From the IMG/VR virus record IMGVR_UViG_3300031920_000309: a stretch of 64,000 nt of DNA. One strand, written 5' to 3'. The translations under genes and the position numbers were made by a program. Below the pieces are notes generated by a model that saw nothing but the letters and a program-made list of their open reading frames with translations, made no database searches and was not told the DNA's origin. Below are positions 53,425 to 62,718 of the stretch, in pieces. The DNA comes from a virus. The stretch's first letter is position 1. Each line of letters opens with the position of its first letter.

Positions 53425-56169
53425 ATGGTAATCGTTTCAGGCAAACTGCCAAACCTCGCAGCAGCCAAAGAGATAAAACTGGTGTTGTACACAAACCCAA
53501 CTGCTGCTGCCCTAACAGGATATCGAACAATGATCCCGGGGGCCGCGGTTGCTGAAAAACTGAACGGCGGCATGGACGACGGATTGGTACGGGTGATCGA
53601 TGTTGGAACAGGGCTGGTTGTACCACACTGGGGCGAGAGTTACGGTGCTGGTCCAGCAGATGCCAAAGTTTGGCACAAAATAAGTCCAGACGCAAACAAA
53701 GTAGAACCGATTATCATTTACGATGTACCACCAAGCCCTGCTCCACCAGATGGTGGTGGTGGTGCCGAAGATGATGACGACCCAGACCACAAGAAAGTTG
53801 TAACCGACATTACACCAACAAAAGGCCATACCATTTATTTGTTATTTGCAGGAGGGGCAACACCAGCCGGTTACGACTTGGTATCCGGTGCCGGTGGTTA
53901 TTTTGCTGATAAGTTCCCGGTGGGAAACAAGGTGGGGATTGTCGCCACGAGCGATACGAGTGCACCAGAATACGCGGGGATTGTGTGTTCAAACCAAGTG
54001 TCTGATGCAAACCACGATGCCGTGGCCAATACCGGGGGGGAAGCATCACAATGGACTATGCGAACACACAACCACAACACAGACAGTGCAAACTTGGTAT
54101 GCAACGCATCTGACGCGAAACCGGTGTACAAAACACTGAAAATGGTACGAGTACACAAAATCAAAGCGATGATACCAAAAGACACCATCATAATATTCGA
54201 TGATGCTGTCCCAACAGGGTTCACGAGATATGCAGCACAAGATGGAAATTATGTCCGGTGTGCTGCAGTGGTCGGCGCGGGGGGGGGGAACGCGACACGC
54301 ACGTTCGCGGTGAACGGTGTCACGGAAACAAAGTCACCAGGGCACACCGATTGGAATGCCGATGGCAATGACATGTATACGTTGCCCGCGCATTCTCACA
54401 CTTTCAACAAGACCACAGCGGCAGTGAACAATTTTCCACCAACACAAAACATCATACTTGGTCAAGCAGACAATGACCTGGCTTACATTCCAGCCGGGGC
54501 CATACTAATGTTTGATGAGACGCCACCAATAGACGACTGGGAAGTGGTTGCGGCACTGAAAGGTAAGATGTTGAAGGGAAACGCAGCATATAACGATGGG
54601 GGTGGCACGGAGACCGTCACACCAACGCAACTTGTAGGAAACACCTCAATCAAAACGTCATCATATGGATTTAACAACGCATATGTCTCAAACACATTTT
54701 ATAGCCACCACCACATACTTACAATCGATTTTGACCCAGTGACAACGTACCCCGCTTGCAGACAAGTGGTGTTTGCGAAAGCCAGGCACCAGATAGATGA
54801 TGACGGGTACGAAGCTAATATTATTGCAAGTGACGTGGTGGATTCTCGTTTAACCGCTGCATATACAATATACAGTAACTGTGGCAGACACATAGCTGTC
54901 AACAACAAAGGATTGTTGCAGGGAGTATTGCACGCGGCATATACGGACGGAGCAAGTGGAACAGACCATGCTTATCATGCATATTCGATCAATGGTGGAG
55001 AAAATTGGACACCAGAACGAATAGACGTTGGTTATGCAGGAAACCAAATTTCATCGGATCTTGTAATAGACGCGAATGGGAATGTACATTTCGTGTGGGC
55101 GGAATATGACGTAGGTGACGCAAACCACCGGCAAATAATGTACAGACGGCTAAGTTCGGCAGCGGTGTGGGGAGCAGTAGAAACTGTGTCACAGGCAGGA
55201 AACCCGTTTTACCAGATGGACCCGTGTATCCAAGTAAAGAACGACGGGGAAACGATTGGCGTGGTATGGGTAGGACAAGGATGGGGGGCTGGAAACAACG
55301 ACATGGACGTAGCATACCGAGAAAGAACAGGAGCAGGAGTATGGGACATAGCAGAAACACACATCACGGCGAACGCTGCCGCAGGATTCGATTACAGACA
55401 CCCAGCACTGGATTATGATTTAGATGATTACCCACACGTCGTGTATGACTACCTAAAAGCAGACTGGACAACATTGGACGTGTATTATAATTACGAGATC
55501 GGTGCAGGATGGCAAGCACAAGAACACGTGAACAACGACGGGGGGGACGCAGGGGTATGTTCAACAAACTCGAACATCTTACTAGACAAAGACAACAACA
55601 TACACGTTGCATACTTGAAAGTATCGTTAGTATCGCCATACCTGCACACGCTGTACTATAAGAACAAGGCAAGAGGAGGGGCATGGGGGGCAAAAGAAGA
55701 AGTGTTAGCAGCGACCGTGGCAGAAGGCGCCAGAGCACCACAAATACAGCTGGACGGAACGGGACAGGTGTATTGTACATATGCACGATTGTATGATGCG
55801 GGAGGGGGCAATTTCCTCGTAGACGGACAATACAAAGTTCGGAGCAGTGGCGGTGTGTGGGGGGCAGCCGTAATCGTAATGCAAGACACGTGCAGAATGA
55901 TCACACACATCCAGATGCTATGGAGCCGACTACCACTGAAAGACGGGATATATCAAACATGGTCACAACAACACGTTGTCTGGGTATTCGTGAGAATACC
56001 AATATATGACAGTTATGTTGGCAACATCGAATTCAAGGCAGATCCAACGACAGTGATCGGAGACATAGATGATCCAGTCACGACAGAAACATACAGGTTC
56101 AGGCAAAGAGGAGCAATTTGTCGACAGAAAATAAACCACGGGAAAGTTACTCCGTACGCGATAGGATAA
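53425..56169 (+). CDS. 914-aa spike/fibre: DUF2341-like N-terminus, collar-like repeats, beta-propeller
   Basis: VRVID..VPHWGE..AKVWHKI; IP.G.I.MF..TPP repeats; blades D.NGNVH.VW, D.D.YPHVVY, DKDNNIHVAY. Confidence 0.75.
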   Translation: MVIVSGKLPNLAAAKEIKLVLYTNPTAAALTGYRTMIPGAAVAEKLNGGMDDGLVRVIDVGTGLVVPHWGESYGAGPADAKVWHKISPDANKVEPIIIYDVPPSPAPPDGGGGAEDDDDPDHKKVVTDITPTKGHTIYLLFAGGATPAGYDLVSGAGGYFADKFPVGNKVGIVATSDTSAPEYAGIVCSNQVSDANHDAVANTGGEASQWTMRTHNHNTDSANLVCNASDAKPVYKTLKMVRVHKIKAMIPKDTIIIFDDAVPTGFTRYAAQDGNYVRCAAVVGAGGGNATRTFAVNGVTETKSPGHTDWNADGNDMYTLPAHSHTFNKTTAAVNNFPPTQNIILGQADNDLAYIPAGAILMFDETPPIDDWEVVAALKGKMLKGNAAYNDGGGTETVTPTQLVGNTSIKTSSYGFNNAYVSNTFYSHHHILTIDFDPVTTYPACRQVVFAKARHQIDDDGYEANIIASDVVDSRLTAAYTIYSNCGRHIAVNNKGLLQGVLHAAYTDGASGTDHAYHAYSINGGENWTPERIDVGYAGNQISSDLVIDANGNVHFVWAEYDVGDANHRQIMYRRLSSAAVWGAVETVSQAGNPFYQMDPCIQVKNDGETIGVVWVGQGWGAGNNDMDVAYRERTGAGVWDIAETHITANAAAGFDYRHPALDYDLDDYPHVVYDYLKADWTTLDVYYNYEIGAGWQAQEHVNNDGGDAGVCSTNSNILLDKDNNIHVAYLKVSLVSPYLHTLYYKNKARGGAWGAKEEVLAATVAEGARAPQIQLDGTGQVYCTYARLYDAGGGNFLVDGQYKVRSSGGVWGAAVIVMQDTCRMITHIQMLWSRLPLKDGIYQTWSQQHVVWVFVRIPIYDSYVGNIEFKADPTTVIGDIDDPVTTETYRFRQRGAICRQKINHGKVTPYAIG

Positions 56170-56198
56170 AATACAATGGATAACAGAGGTGATACGTG

Positions 56199-56330
56199 AT
56201 GAGAGTCGATGATGAGAAACAGCGGAAAATGCTATTGGATTTGCTGGGTGCGGCGACGTTCCAAGGAACAGCCATAGACGAGGTAGCCACACTAAAGAAC
56301 GCGATCGTGGGAGCGAAGGTTGGTGACTGA
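56199..56330 (+). CDS. 43-aa hypothetical protein
   Basis: GAGGTGA RBS; stop overlaps the next ATG. Confidence 0.55.
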   Translation: MRVDDEKQRKMLLDLLGAATFQGTAIDEVATLKNAIVGAKVGD

Positions 56331-57448
56331 TGGCGATTTTGCGCTGGCCCATGGACTTCCTATTTGACTTTACCAGCGTACCACTGTTAGCTGGCGACAA
56401 AGCCACGACAGGGGACAACATCGCACATACGACACTGGTTAATGGAAGCAGAATCCACCCCGCATGGGAGATGCCTGCCGATTCGGTAGGAGAAATCGAA
56501 GGTGTAGAGATTCTACTACAACCAGACGCAGCCACAGACATATACAACCCACTTGAGTACGTAAGAGTAGAAATAAACGAAGTAGAGATAGAAAACATAA
56601 CGTTCAACGAACTAACGGCTCCAATGCAGTCGGGAGGGACACCACCGGGGGGAGACCCATTCCGAGATGGTGGCGTGTGTATAAATATCGGAAAAGGGCT
56701 ATTGGTGGGGGGAGATCCGACCACACCGACAATCAAAATCGGGCCAAAAGATAAAGTCAGAGTCGTGGTAAAGAACACCAGGGCTGCATATGGCGGTGTT
56801 ACAATAAACGAACTGTTGGTGGTTCGGTTATGGGTGGCGACTGCAAACCAGTTTGATCTCGAACAAAAGTGGACGGACGGACGGATACCGATAGGAACAG
56901 CATCAGCACCGAAAACAATTCTGGCCGAGATAGAAAAATGGACAGAAGGAAACGGAGGCGCGGAAGTGAAGACGCCGCATTTCCAGAGATACATCACGTA
57001 CGCAAAAAACATAACACCAACCACACAAAACGACCCTTACACGTTTGCAAGAAGAGCAGGCACAACAGAAGATCTATGGTCGGACTTGGACTGGAGAGTA
57101 GACACATCCAGAGTCGTGCAACTAACGCACGTGGGGGTTGCTGAAGACGAATCAAATGGTATCCACGTTGCACCGAACGTGTCGTGGATCAAACTTCCTC
57201 ATTATCCAGTTGAGCTGCCGATAGTTTATCCGGTGGCGCCGTACCCGAGCCTGGGACAATTCCCGATGCCGTTGAATCGGAACATGGACCCAACGTTTGG
57301 AGCACCCGGTAAGTTGCCACAGCCGATTAATATTTATAACGAGAACTGTTCACTAACGATACGTGACAGGGGAGATCCAGTCGTCGCATGGGCGCCAGGA
57401 GACGTGGGTGTAAAAATCGCGGTATGGGGATATATATATTATGTGTGA
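56330..57448 (+). CDS. Putative capsid protein family A, copy 3
   Basis: GEIEGVEI, FNELTAP, FRDGGVCINIG, TIKIGP, RYITYAKN, LTHVGV, IAVWG. Confidence 0.6.
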   Translation: MAILRWPMDFLFDFTSVPLLAGDKATTGDNIAHTTLVNGSRIHPAWEMPADSVGEIEGVEILLQPDAATDIYNPLEYVRVEINEVEIENITFNELTAPMQSGGTPPGGDPFRDGGVCINIGKGLLVGGDPTTPTIKIGPKDKVRVVVKNTRAAYGGVTINELLVVRLWVATANQFDLEQKWTDGRIPIGTASAPKTILAEIEKWTEGNGGAEVKTPHFQRYITYAKNITPTTQNDPYTFARRAGTTEDLWSDLDWRVDTSRVVQLTHVGVAEDESNGIHVAPNVSWIKLPHYPVELPIVYPVAPYPSLGQFPMPLNRNMDPTFGAPGKLPQPINIYNENCSLTIRDRGDPVVAWAPGDVGVKIAVWGYIYYV

Positions 57449-57467
57449 TAACCAGGCGGTGGGATGA

Positions 57468-58154
57468 GTGGGGCACGACTGGAGGGTACTTGCAAGGCGC
57501 ACACAATTACTGGCCGACCACCACAACCTAACAGCCATAGCTGCGCCGACCGCATGGGATGACGATACAGACAGGTACACAATAGGATCGGTTTGGATAG
57601 ACACCGCAACGGATACTTTTTATATATGTGTAGATGCTACAACGGGCGCTGCTGTCTGGCTTATATGCGAGGGTATATCAAATAATTATGTGGCGATAAT
57701 AGATCCGGTGATTTGGGACGATGTTGATGCAGGTTATTCCGTAGGATCTGTGTGGGCCAACACGACAACAGACGACGTGTTTGTCTGCGCGGACAACACG
57801 AACGGAGCGGCAGTTTGGAGAAATTCGGCGGGCGACGACATTGACGATGCGGTTACCAAACGACATACACAAGGTACAGACCAGAAGTTAGACGATGGTG
57901 GGGTGAGCGAAGTTACTGCTGCTCAGGTGAAAAGTGCCGTCGGATTGAAACATACACAGGGAACTGACCAGAAATTGGACGATGGCGGCACTAACGAGAT
58001 CATGGTTGAAGAGGTCGCAGGGAACTTATCTATCCCAACCGAGTTCAGTATCCCAGTAGGTCATACTAGAAAAATAGATGTTGCGTCTGGTGAGTATGTT
58101 ACGTTTGAAGGGACTTACAATATTGCAGGATCATTAATAATTATGGGGTGGTAA
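57468..58154 (+). CDS. Fibre-like protein with duplicated motifs
   Basis: 2x P..DDD...Y.VGS.W..T.TD..Y/F.C.D.T.GAAVW; 2x HTQGTDQKLDDGG. Confidence 0.75.
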   Translation: MGHDWRVLARRTQLLADHHNLTAIAAPTAWDDDTDRYTIGSVWIDTATDTFYICVDATTGAAVWLICEGISNNYVAIIDPVIWDDVDAGYSVGSVWANTTTDDVFVCADNTNGAAVWRNSAGDDIDDAVTKRHTQGTDQKLDDGGVSEVTAAQVKSAVGLKHTQGTDQKLDDGGTNEIMVEEVAGNLSIPTEFSIPVGHTRKIDVASGEYVTFEGTYNIAGSLIIMGW

Positions 58155-58753
58155 GGATGACGGATGAATTTAGAGGAGCAAATGGTTGGTGTTTGATTGA
58201 AGCAGAACATCCTATCTGGGCGCTAATGGACACTGGTGGAAGTGGTGTATACACCGCCATAAGAGCATACCAGGGTCAGATACAATTTGGAATTGTCACG
58301 GTGACTACAGGAGTCCCTTCGTGGTTATCCACTTATTGCGACTTACGCAAAGAGATCATAATGCAATGGCTTCCAGCCGATGCTGCTGCTGGTGATACGT
58401 GGGAGCGGACGATCTTTCGGGCTGGCGGTGAAAATGCGTCGTCCCAGGACGAGAAGTACACGGTTGTTTTTGCTAGTCTCATCCCCGACGGAGATATTGG
58501 ACAGGCTACAAATTATATGACATTGCAGATTCAGAACAAGGGTACTGACGGTAATGGAACTACTGCTGTGGCCACTAAAGTGGTTGATGATAGTGGTACA
58601 CTTACAGACTTTAACGAGACTAGTATGGGTACAATCCTATCTGCGAGCATCACCGAAGGACAAGTACTTAGTTTGAAGAAGACTGTTACGCTTACTGGGC
58701 AGATCTGGCCTGGTGGTATGGTGGTTCTTGAATTGCAGCGGGTTGGGGTATAA
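58148..58753 (+). CDS. Structural beta-sandwich protein
   Basis: Beta-rich ORF in the structural operon. Confidence 0.6.
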   Translation: MVRMTDEFRGANGWCLIEAEHPIWALMDTGGSGVYTAIRAYQGQIQFGIVTVTTGVPSWLSTYCDLRKEIIMQWLPADAAAGDTWERTIFRAGGENASSQDEKYTVVFASLIPDGDIGQATNYMTLQIQNKGTDGNGTTAVATKVVDDSGTLTDFNETSMGTILSASITEGQVLSLKKTVTLTGQIWPGGMVVLELQRVGV

Positions 58754-58754
58754 T

Positions 58755-60194
58755 ATGGTCGATCTGGTGACACAGGAACAGTTCCGGCAAGATTGGCACG
58801 ACTATCAGCGATTTACCACGATCGGCCCAGATCCTACTTGCGACTATATCGTTGATGGTGTGGATGATGATGTTCAGATCCAAGCAGCAATTGACGACGC
58901 CACGATATACGCGGAACACACAAAGTGTGACATATACTTCAAACCATATGCTTACCAGTGTGCAAATCCGATAACTATTACAATACCGGACACGGATTCG
59001 ATAAGATCACTGCATTTGTTCGGTGCGGGAGAAGAAAGTAGACTGGTTTTTGCCGGATCAAATGGCATCTTGTTGAAAAAGCTAGAAAATGCTGCGAAGT
59101 TAGGTTCGTTGTATATTGAAAAAATGTCATTTTATGGTCCTGGTGGCGCTACTGCATACAAAGGAATATCGGGACACGACGATTTGGCAAATTATCCATC
59201 ATGGTTGGTATTTCGGGATTTGCGGTTACATGAGTGGGGCACCGGTATTGAGCTGATGCCAACAATAACTGTGCCACAAGCAGCACCATACTGTGGGTCA
59301 TTTGAAAATATATTTATCCGAGATGTCAATGTCGGGTTTAAAATCGACGGCGCGGGAAATTACTTACAAAATATAAAATGCTATAACCCAGTTGGAGCAA
59401 ACAGTGTTGGTATCCATTTACCAGGAACCACGGCTACCAGAGGCATGGCTGATGTAATCAACTGTGATGGTAGCAGTTTTGAGACGGGCATACTCGTCGA
59501 GTGTGGAGGAAATACGATAAAAAACTTTTATCACGAAGGAAATCCAGGAACGACCGTTGGAATTAATATCAACAGGTCTAGTGGGTACGCATGCAACACC
59601 GTGATAAACCCACATATGGCAACCCCATTATATATAGGAAAGGGGGGCAACAACACACATAGCACCGAAGTATATGGACTAACTACATATCATGCGGGCG
59701 AGACTGATATTCGTGTGCCATTGTATATCGGGGCGAACGCGTATGGGGTATACGTCCAAACAAACGGCAAATACAGAACAATGAACATACAAGAAAACAA
59801 CGGCACGAATGTAAACATTGTACGCAGCTTACAGCGAGCAGACACAGCCGTCCAGGATGCACAGGTTGGCGACCGGATATGGCAGACTACACCAATTGCA
59901 GGAGCATCTCCTGGGTGGGTTTGTACTGTCGCAGGATCACCAGGCACCTGGGCAGCGATGCCAATATTAGGCATCGAAAACCGAGGAACTGGTACAATTG
60001 GGAACGGAACACAAACGTCTGGCAACATTGCACACGGGCTGGGGGGAGCACCAACTGGCGTAATTGTGTCCGGGTCAACCACAGACACCGATTGTCTGTA
60101 CTTGTCATCAAAAGACGCAACAAACATTGTAATAAACGCAGCAGACGGCAACGTGGGCGGAGACAGAACCATATATTGGTACGCTTGGATCTGA
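58755..60194 (+). CDS. Beta-helix (pectate-lyase-like) spike protein
   Basis: CDYIVDGVDDDVQIQAAID start; beta-helix periodicity; GWVCTVAGSPGTW and HGLGGAP C-terminal motifs. Confidence 0.85.
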   Translation: MVDLVTQEQFRQDWHDYQRFTTIGPDPTCDYIVDGVDDDVQIQAAIDDATIYAEHTKCDIYFKPYAYQCANPITITIPDTDSIRSLHLFGAGEESRLVFAGSNGILLKKLENAAKLGSLYIEKMSFYGPGGATAYKGISGHDDLANYPSWLVFRDLRLHEWGTGIELMPTITVPQAAPYCGSFENIFIRDVNVGFKIDGAGNYLQNIKCYNPVGANSVGIHLPGTTATRGMADVINCDGSSFETGILVECGGNTIKNFYHEGNPGTTVGININRSSGYACNTVINPHMATPLYIGKGGNNTHSTEVYGLTTYHAGETDIRVPLYIGANAYGVYVQTNGKYRTMNIQENNGTNVNIVRSLQRADTAVQDAQVGDRIWQTTPIAGASPGWVCTVAGSPGTWAAMPILGIENRGTGTIGNGTQTSGNIAHGLGGAPTGVIVSGSTTDTDCLYLSSKDATNIVINAADGNVGGDRTIYWYAWI

Positions 60195-60296
60195 TACGTT
60201 ATGAGTAACAAAACCAACGTTCAGTACGCACAACCTTTTTTGTGGTCAACACACATACCGCCACCACTATATACCATCGATACCAATTAGATACGC

Positions 60297-60461
60297 ATGG
60301 CAAAGAACCGAGGGCCGGACAAAACGTTGCATGTCGACGTCGAAAATCGTAAGCGATTGTCTACGTTTGGCGAGCACGGCGATACCTGGAATGATATTGT
60401 CGGAAAAGTATTGGACATTGCAGAAAAACACCGGGGGGACAACGACGATGGACGACTGTGA
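60297..60461 (+). CDS. RHH/CopG-like protein (not in ORF track)
   Basis: KTLHVDVENRKRLSTFGEHGDTWNDIVGKVLD. Confidence 0.7.
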   Translation: MAKNRGPDKTLHVDVENRKRLSTFGEHGDTWNDIVGKVLDIAEKHRGDNDDGRL

Positions 60462-60591
60462 ACTGGATAACGCACTTTGCATCATAGAATGCAAGATAGA
60501 GAAACTTGCGGACACGCCGCCATGTGTTATGCGGAACGAGACGTGCCGGGGTCGTGTGGGTACCAGGGCAAGTTTTGGGCGGCAATTGTGA
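60448..60591 (+). CDS. Small Cys-containing protein
   Basis: Coupled ORF. Confidence 0.4.
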   Translation: MDDCELDNALCIIECKIEKLADTPPCVMRNETCRGRVGTRASFGRQL

Positions 60592-60601
60592 GGAGTGGCC
60601 G

Positions 60602-60808
60602 ATGACCGACGCCAAATTGTGTATACGCTGCAAACATTTCAACCCAAAGTGGGGCAGGCATTGCGATCGGGTGGTAAAAACCAAATACAATCGAATTTGT
60701 GGAGAGTACACGACCACCGGACATCGGCATTGTTGGAAGGAGCGCAGCACGATCGGAGGATGGCTTGGTCTGTGTGGGCCGGGGGGAAAGTACTTCGAGG
60801 GGAGATAA
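60602..60808 (+). CDS. Small Cys-rich protein
   Basis: LCIRCKHF...CWKER...CGPGGKYFE. Confidence 0.65.
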   Translation: MTDAKLCIRCKHFNPKWGRHCDRVVKTKYNRICGEYTTTGHRHCWKERSTIGGWLGLCGPGGKYFEGR

Positions 60809-60810
60809 AT

Positions 60811-60969
60811 ATGGAAATATTCAGGTCATCCAAAGTAATCGTGTGTCCGCGGTGCGGGGTTAGGATACCATGGAATGCATGGCCCCATCTAAGACGACAC
60901 CCGGAATACCAATACCGGCCACAGTGTCCGTTTTGTAAGAAACCAATTCTGGACGAACACTCGGATTGA
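60811..60969 (+). CDS. Small zinc-finger protein
   Basis: CPRC...HLRRH...CPFC. Confidence 0.65.
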   Translation: MEIFRSSKVIVCPRCGVRIPWNAWPHLRRHPEYQYRPQCPFCKKPILDEHSD

Positions 60970-60978
60970 GATGAGTAT

Positions 60979-61659
60979 ATGAAAAAGATGAACAAAACCA
61001 ACGATAATATAGAATGGGCATCATGGTCATGGAACCCCGTAACAGGATGCAAACACGGTTGCCCATATTGTTATGCGCGGGATATTGCAATGCGGTTTGT
61101 GGGATCGTTCGAACCAGCATTCCATCCTGATCGACTTCAAATGCCACAAAACACCATGGTTCCTACAGGAGCCGACAAAAACATCGGGCAGAAGAACGTT
61201 TTTGTTTGTTCGATGGCAGACCTGTTCGGAAACTGGGTCCCAGACGAATGGATCAACCGGGTGATGGGCGTGGTGAGAGGAAATCCGAAATGGAACTTTT
61301 TGTTCTTGACCAAAAACCCAGCACGATTGGTTGACATCACATGGCCGGAAAACGCGTGGGTCGGTACGACAGTTGACGTCCAGAGTCGAGTAAGGCCAGC
61401 ACAAGATGCATTCAGACAGATCGAGGCATCGGTGAAATTTCTGTCGTGCGAGCCGTTGAAGGAACAACTCGATTTTGGCGGTGACATGACAATGTTTGAT
61501 TGGCTGATCATCGGAGGACAGAGCAAAAGCACGGGCGAACCTGCGTTCCAACCAGAATGGAGTTGGGTTGAGAACCTGTTGCTAGTTGCTAGATTATCTG
61601 GGATTAGGGTGTATTTCAAGCCGAACCTGAAAACACGGCCGAGGGAATACCCAGAGTAA
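60979..61659 (+). CDS. DUF5131 / phage Gp37-Gp68 radical-SAM-like protein
   Basis: IEWASWSWNPVTGCKHGCPYCYAR, VFVCSMADLF, FLTKNP, FLSCEPL, WLIIGGQS. Confidence 0.92.
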   Translation: MKKMNKTNDNIEWASWSWNPVTGCKHGCPYCYARDIAMRFVGSFEPAFHPDRLQMPQNTMVPTGADKNIGQKNVFVCSMADLFGNWVPDEWINRVMGVVRGNPKWNFLFLTKNPARLVDITWPENAWVGTTVDVQSRVRPAQDAFRQIEASVKFLSCEPLKEQLDFGGDMTMFDWLIIGGQSKSTGEPAFQPEWSWVENLLLVARLSGIRVYFKPNLKTRPREYPE

Positions 61660-61705
61660 ACGAGAGAGGAAAAGGTTTATATGCTATGCGAATGGGGGTA
61701 TATGC

Positions 61706-61855
61706 ATGACACGAAAGAACGTCATGATCCGGCTACCAGTAGATCTGATTGCCGAGATCGATGGAAAAGTGGATAAACTGCGGTTCAGAACAAGAACCCA
61801 TTTTATCGAAGTGGCGCTAAGGAACGAGTTGGAGAGAATCAACAACGAGGTATGA
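61706..61855 (+). CDS. RHH/CopG regulator (not in ORF track)
   Basis: NVMIRLPVDLIAEIDGKVDKLRFRTRTHFIEVALR; TTTATAT box upstream. Confidence 0.8.
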   Translation: MTRKNVMIRLPVDLIAEIDGKVDKLRFRTRTHFIEVALRNELERINNEV

Positions 61856-61867
61856 GGGTGGTTTGAA

Positions 61868-62284
61868 ATGGACGTTAAACGTATGAACAAGACAGAAGAC
61901 GATGTGTATAATTTCATCAACAGGAAGGGGGGAGGCGTTTCGTTTGCCGAGATAGAGTCCGAGTTCGGTTCGGGTAAGTGTGCACTCGTCCGTGACGACA
62001 TGAACATAACGCTGTGGCCATGTCTGACACAAGAAACAGTCGATGCCGTGATGTTGTTGTACAATGAAAAGCGCGTCGTGTTCGTTCCAGCCACTGTTTT
62101 GATATACGTTGTGGACGGCAGGGTACCAGATTTGCCTGTTGTGCGTCGTCCTCCGGTCAATGGGTACAAAGAACTACATTGGTTGCCTGTCTCACTCTAT
62201 ACCACACCCCAGGTCCGGGATGGCGCGGCGGGAATATCTGAAGAACAGATACAGGCGTATCGAGAAGGCGGATATGATCTTTAG
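61868..62284 (+). CDS. Conserved-looking viral hypothetical protein
   Basis: GVSFAEIE...NITLW...YVVDG...HWLPV. Confidence 0.7.
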   Translation: MDVKRMNKTEDDVYNFINRKGGGVSFAEIESEFGSGKCALVRDDMNITLWPCLTQETVDAVMLLYNEKRVVFVPATVLIYVVDGRVPDLPVVRRPPVNGYKELHWLPVSLYTTPQVRDGAAGISEEQIQAYREGGYDL

Positions 62285-62297
62285 GTGGTGATATAGA

Positions 62298-62696
62298 ATG
62301 AATGTTAAAATTATTGGCACAGACGAAGCTGTCGAACACGCAAGGGCACGGTTGAACGAGGACTGGATGGTTATTGTGGGCGACCTCAACATCATAGAAC
62401 ATCTGGAAAATGTGGTGTACACACCAGGGACGAACGACAACGCGGATTTTGAGGTTATTGGTATAATGCCAATCATATTTCTGGGAAAAAAAACGAAGCG
62501 ACTGGACGACGCACTGCAAAACCAGCCGGTGTTTGACACCACCCTGGCATTGTTGGTAAAACCCGACGAAATGTTACTGATGAATTACGACAAAAACGAG
62601 GTGTCGGTAGAAAAGGCCGCGGATGACATCGTAAAACTTGTCAGAATATCATTTGAATCCGGGGTGCTGTTCCCTGGGTTGTTGTTTGACGAGTGA
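62298..62696 (+). CDS. Hypothetical protein
   Basis: GGTGA RBS. Confidence 0.7.
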   Translation: MNVKIIGTDEAVEHARARLNEDWMVIVGDLNIIEHLENVVYTPGTNDNADFEVIGIMPIIFLGKKTKRLDDALQNQPVFDTTLALLVKPDEMLLMNYDKNEVSVEKAADDIVKLVRISFESGVLFPGLLFDE

Positions 62697-62718
62697 TGCC
62701 ACAGACGAGTTGTATGGC

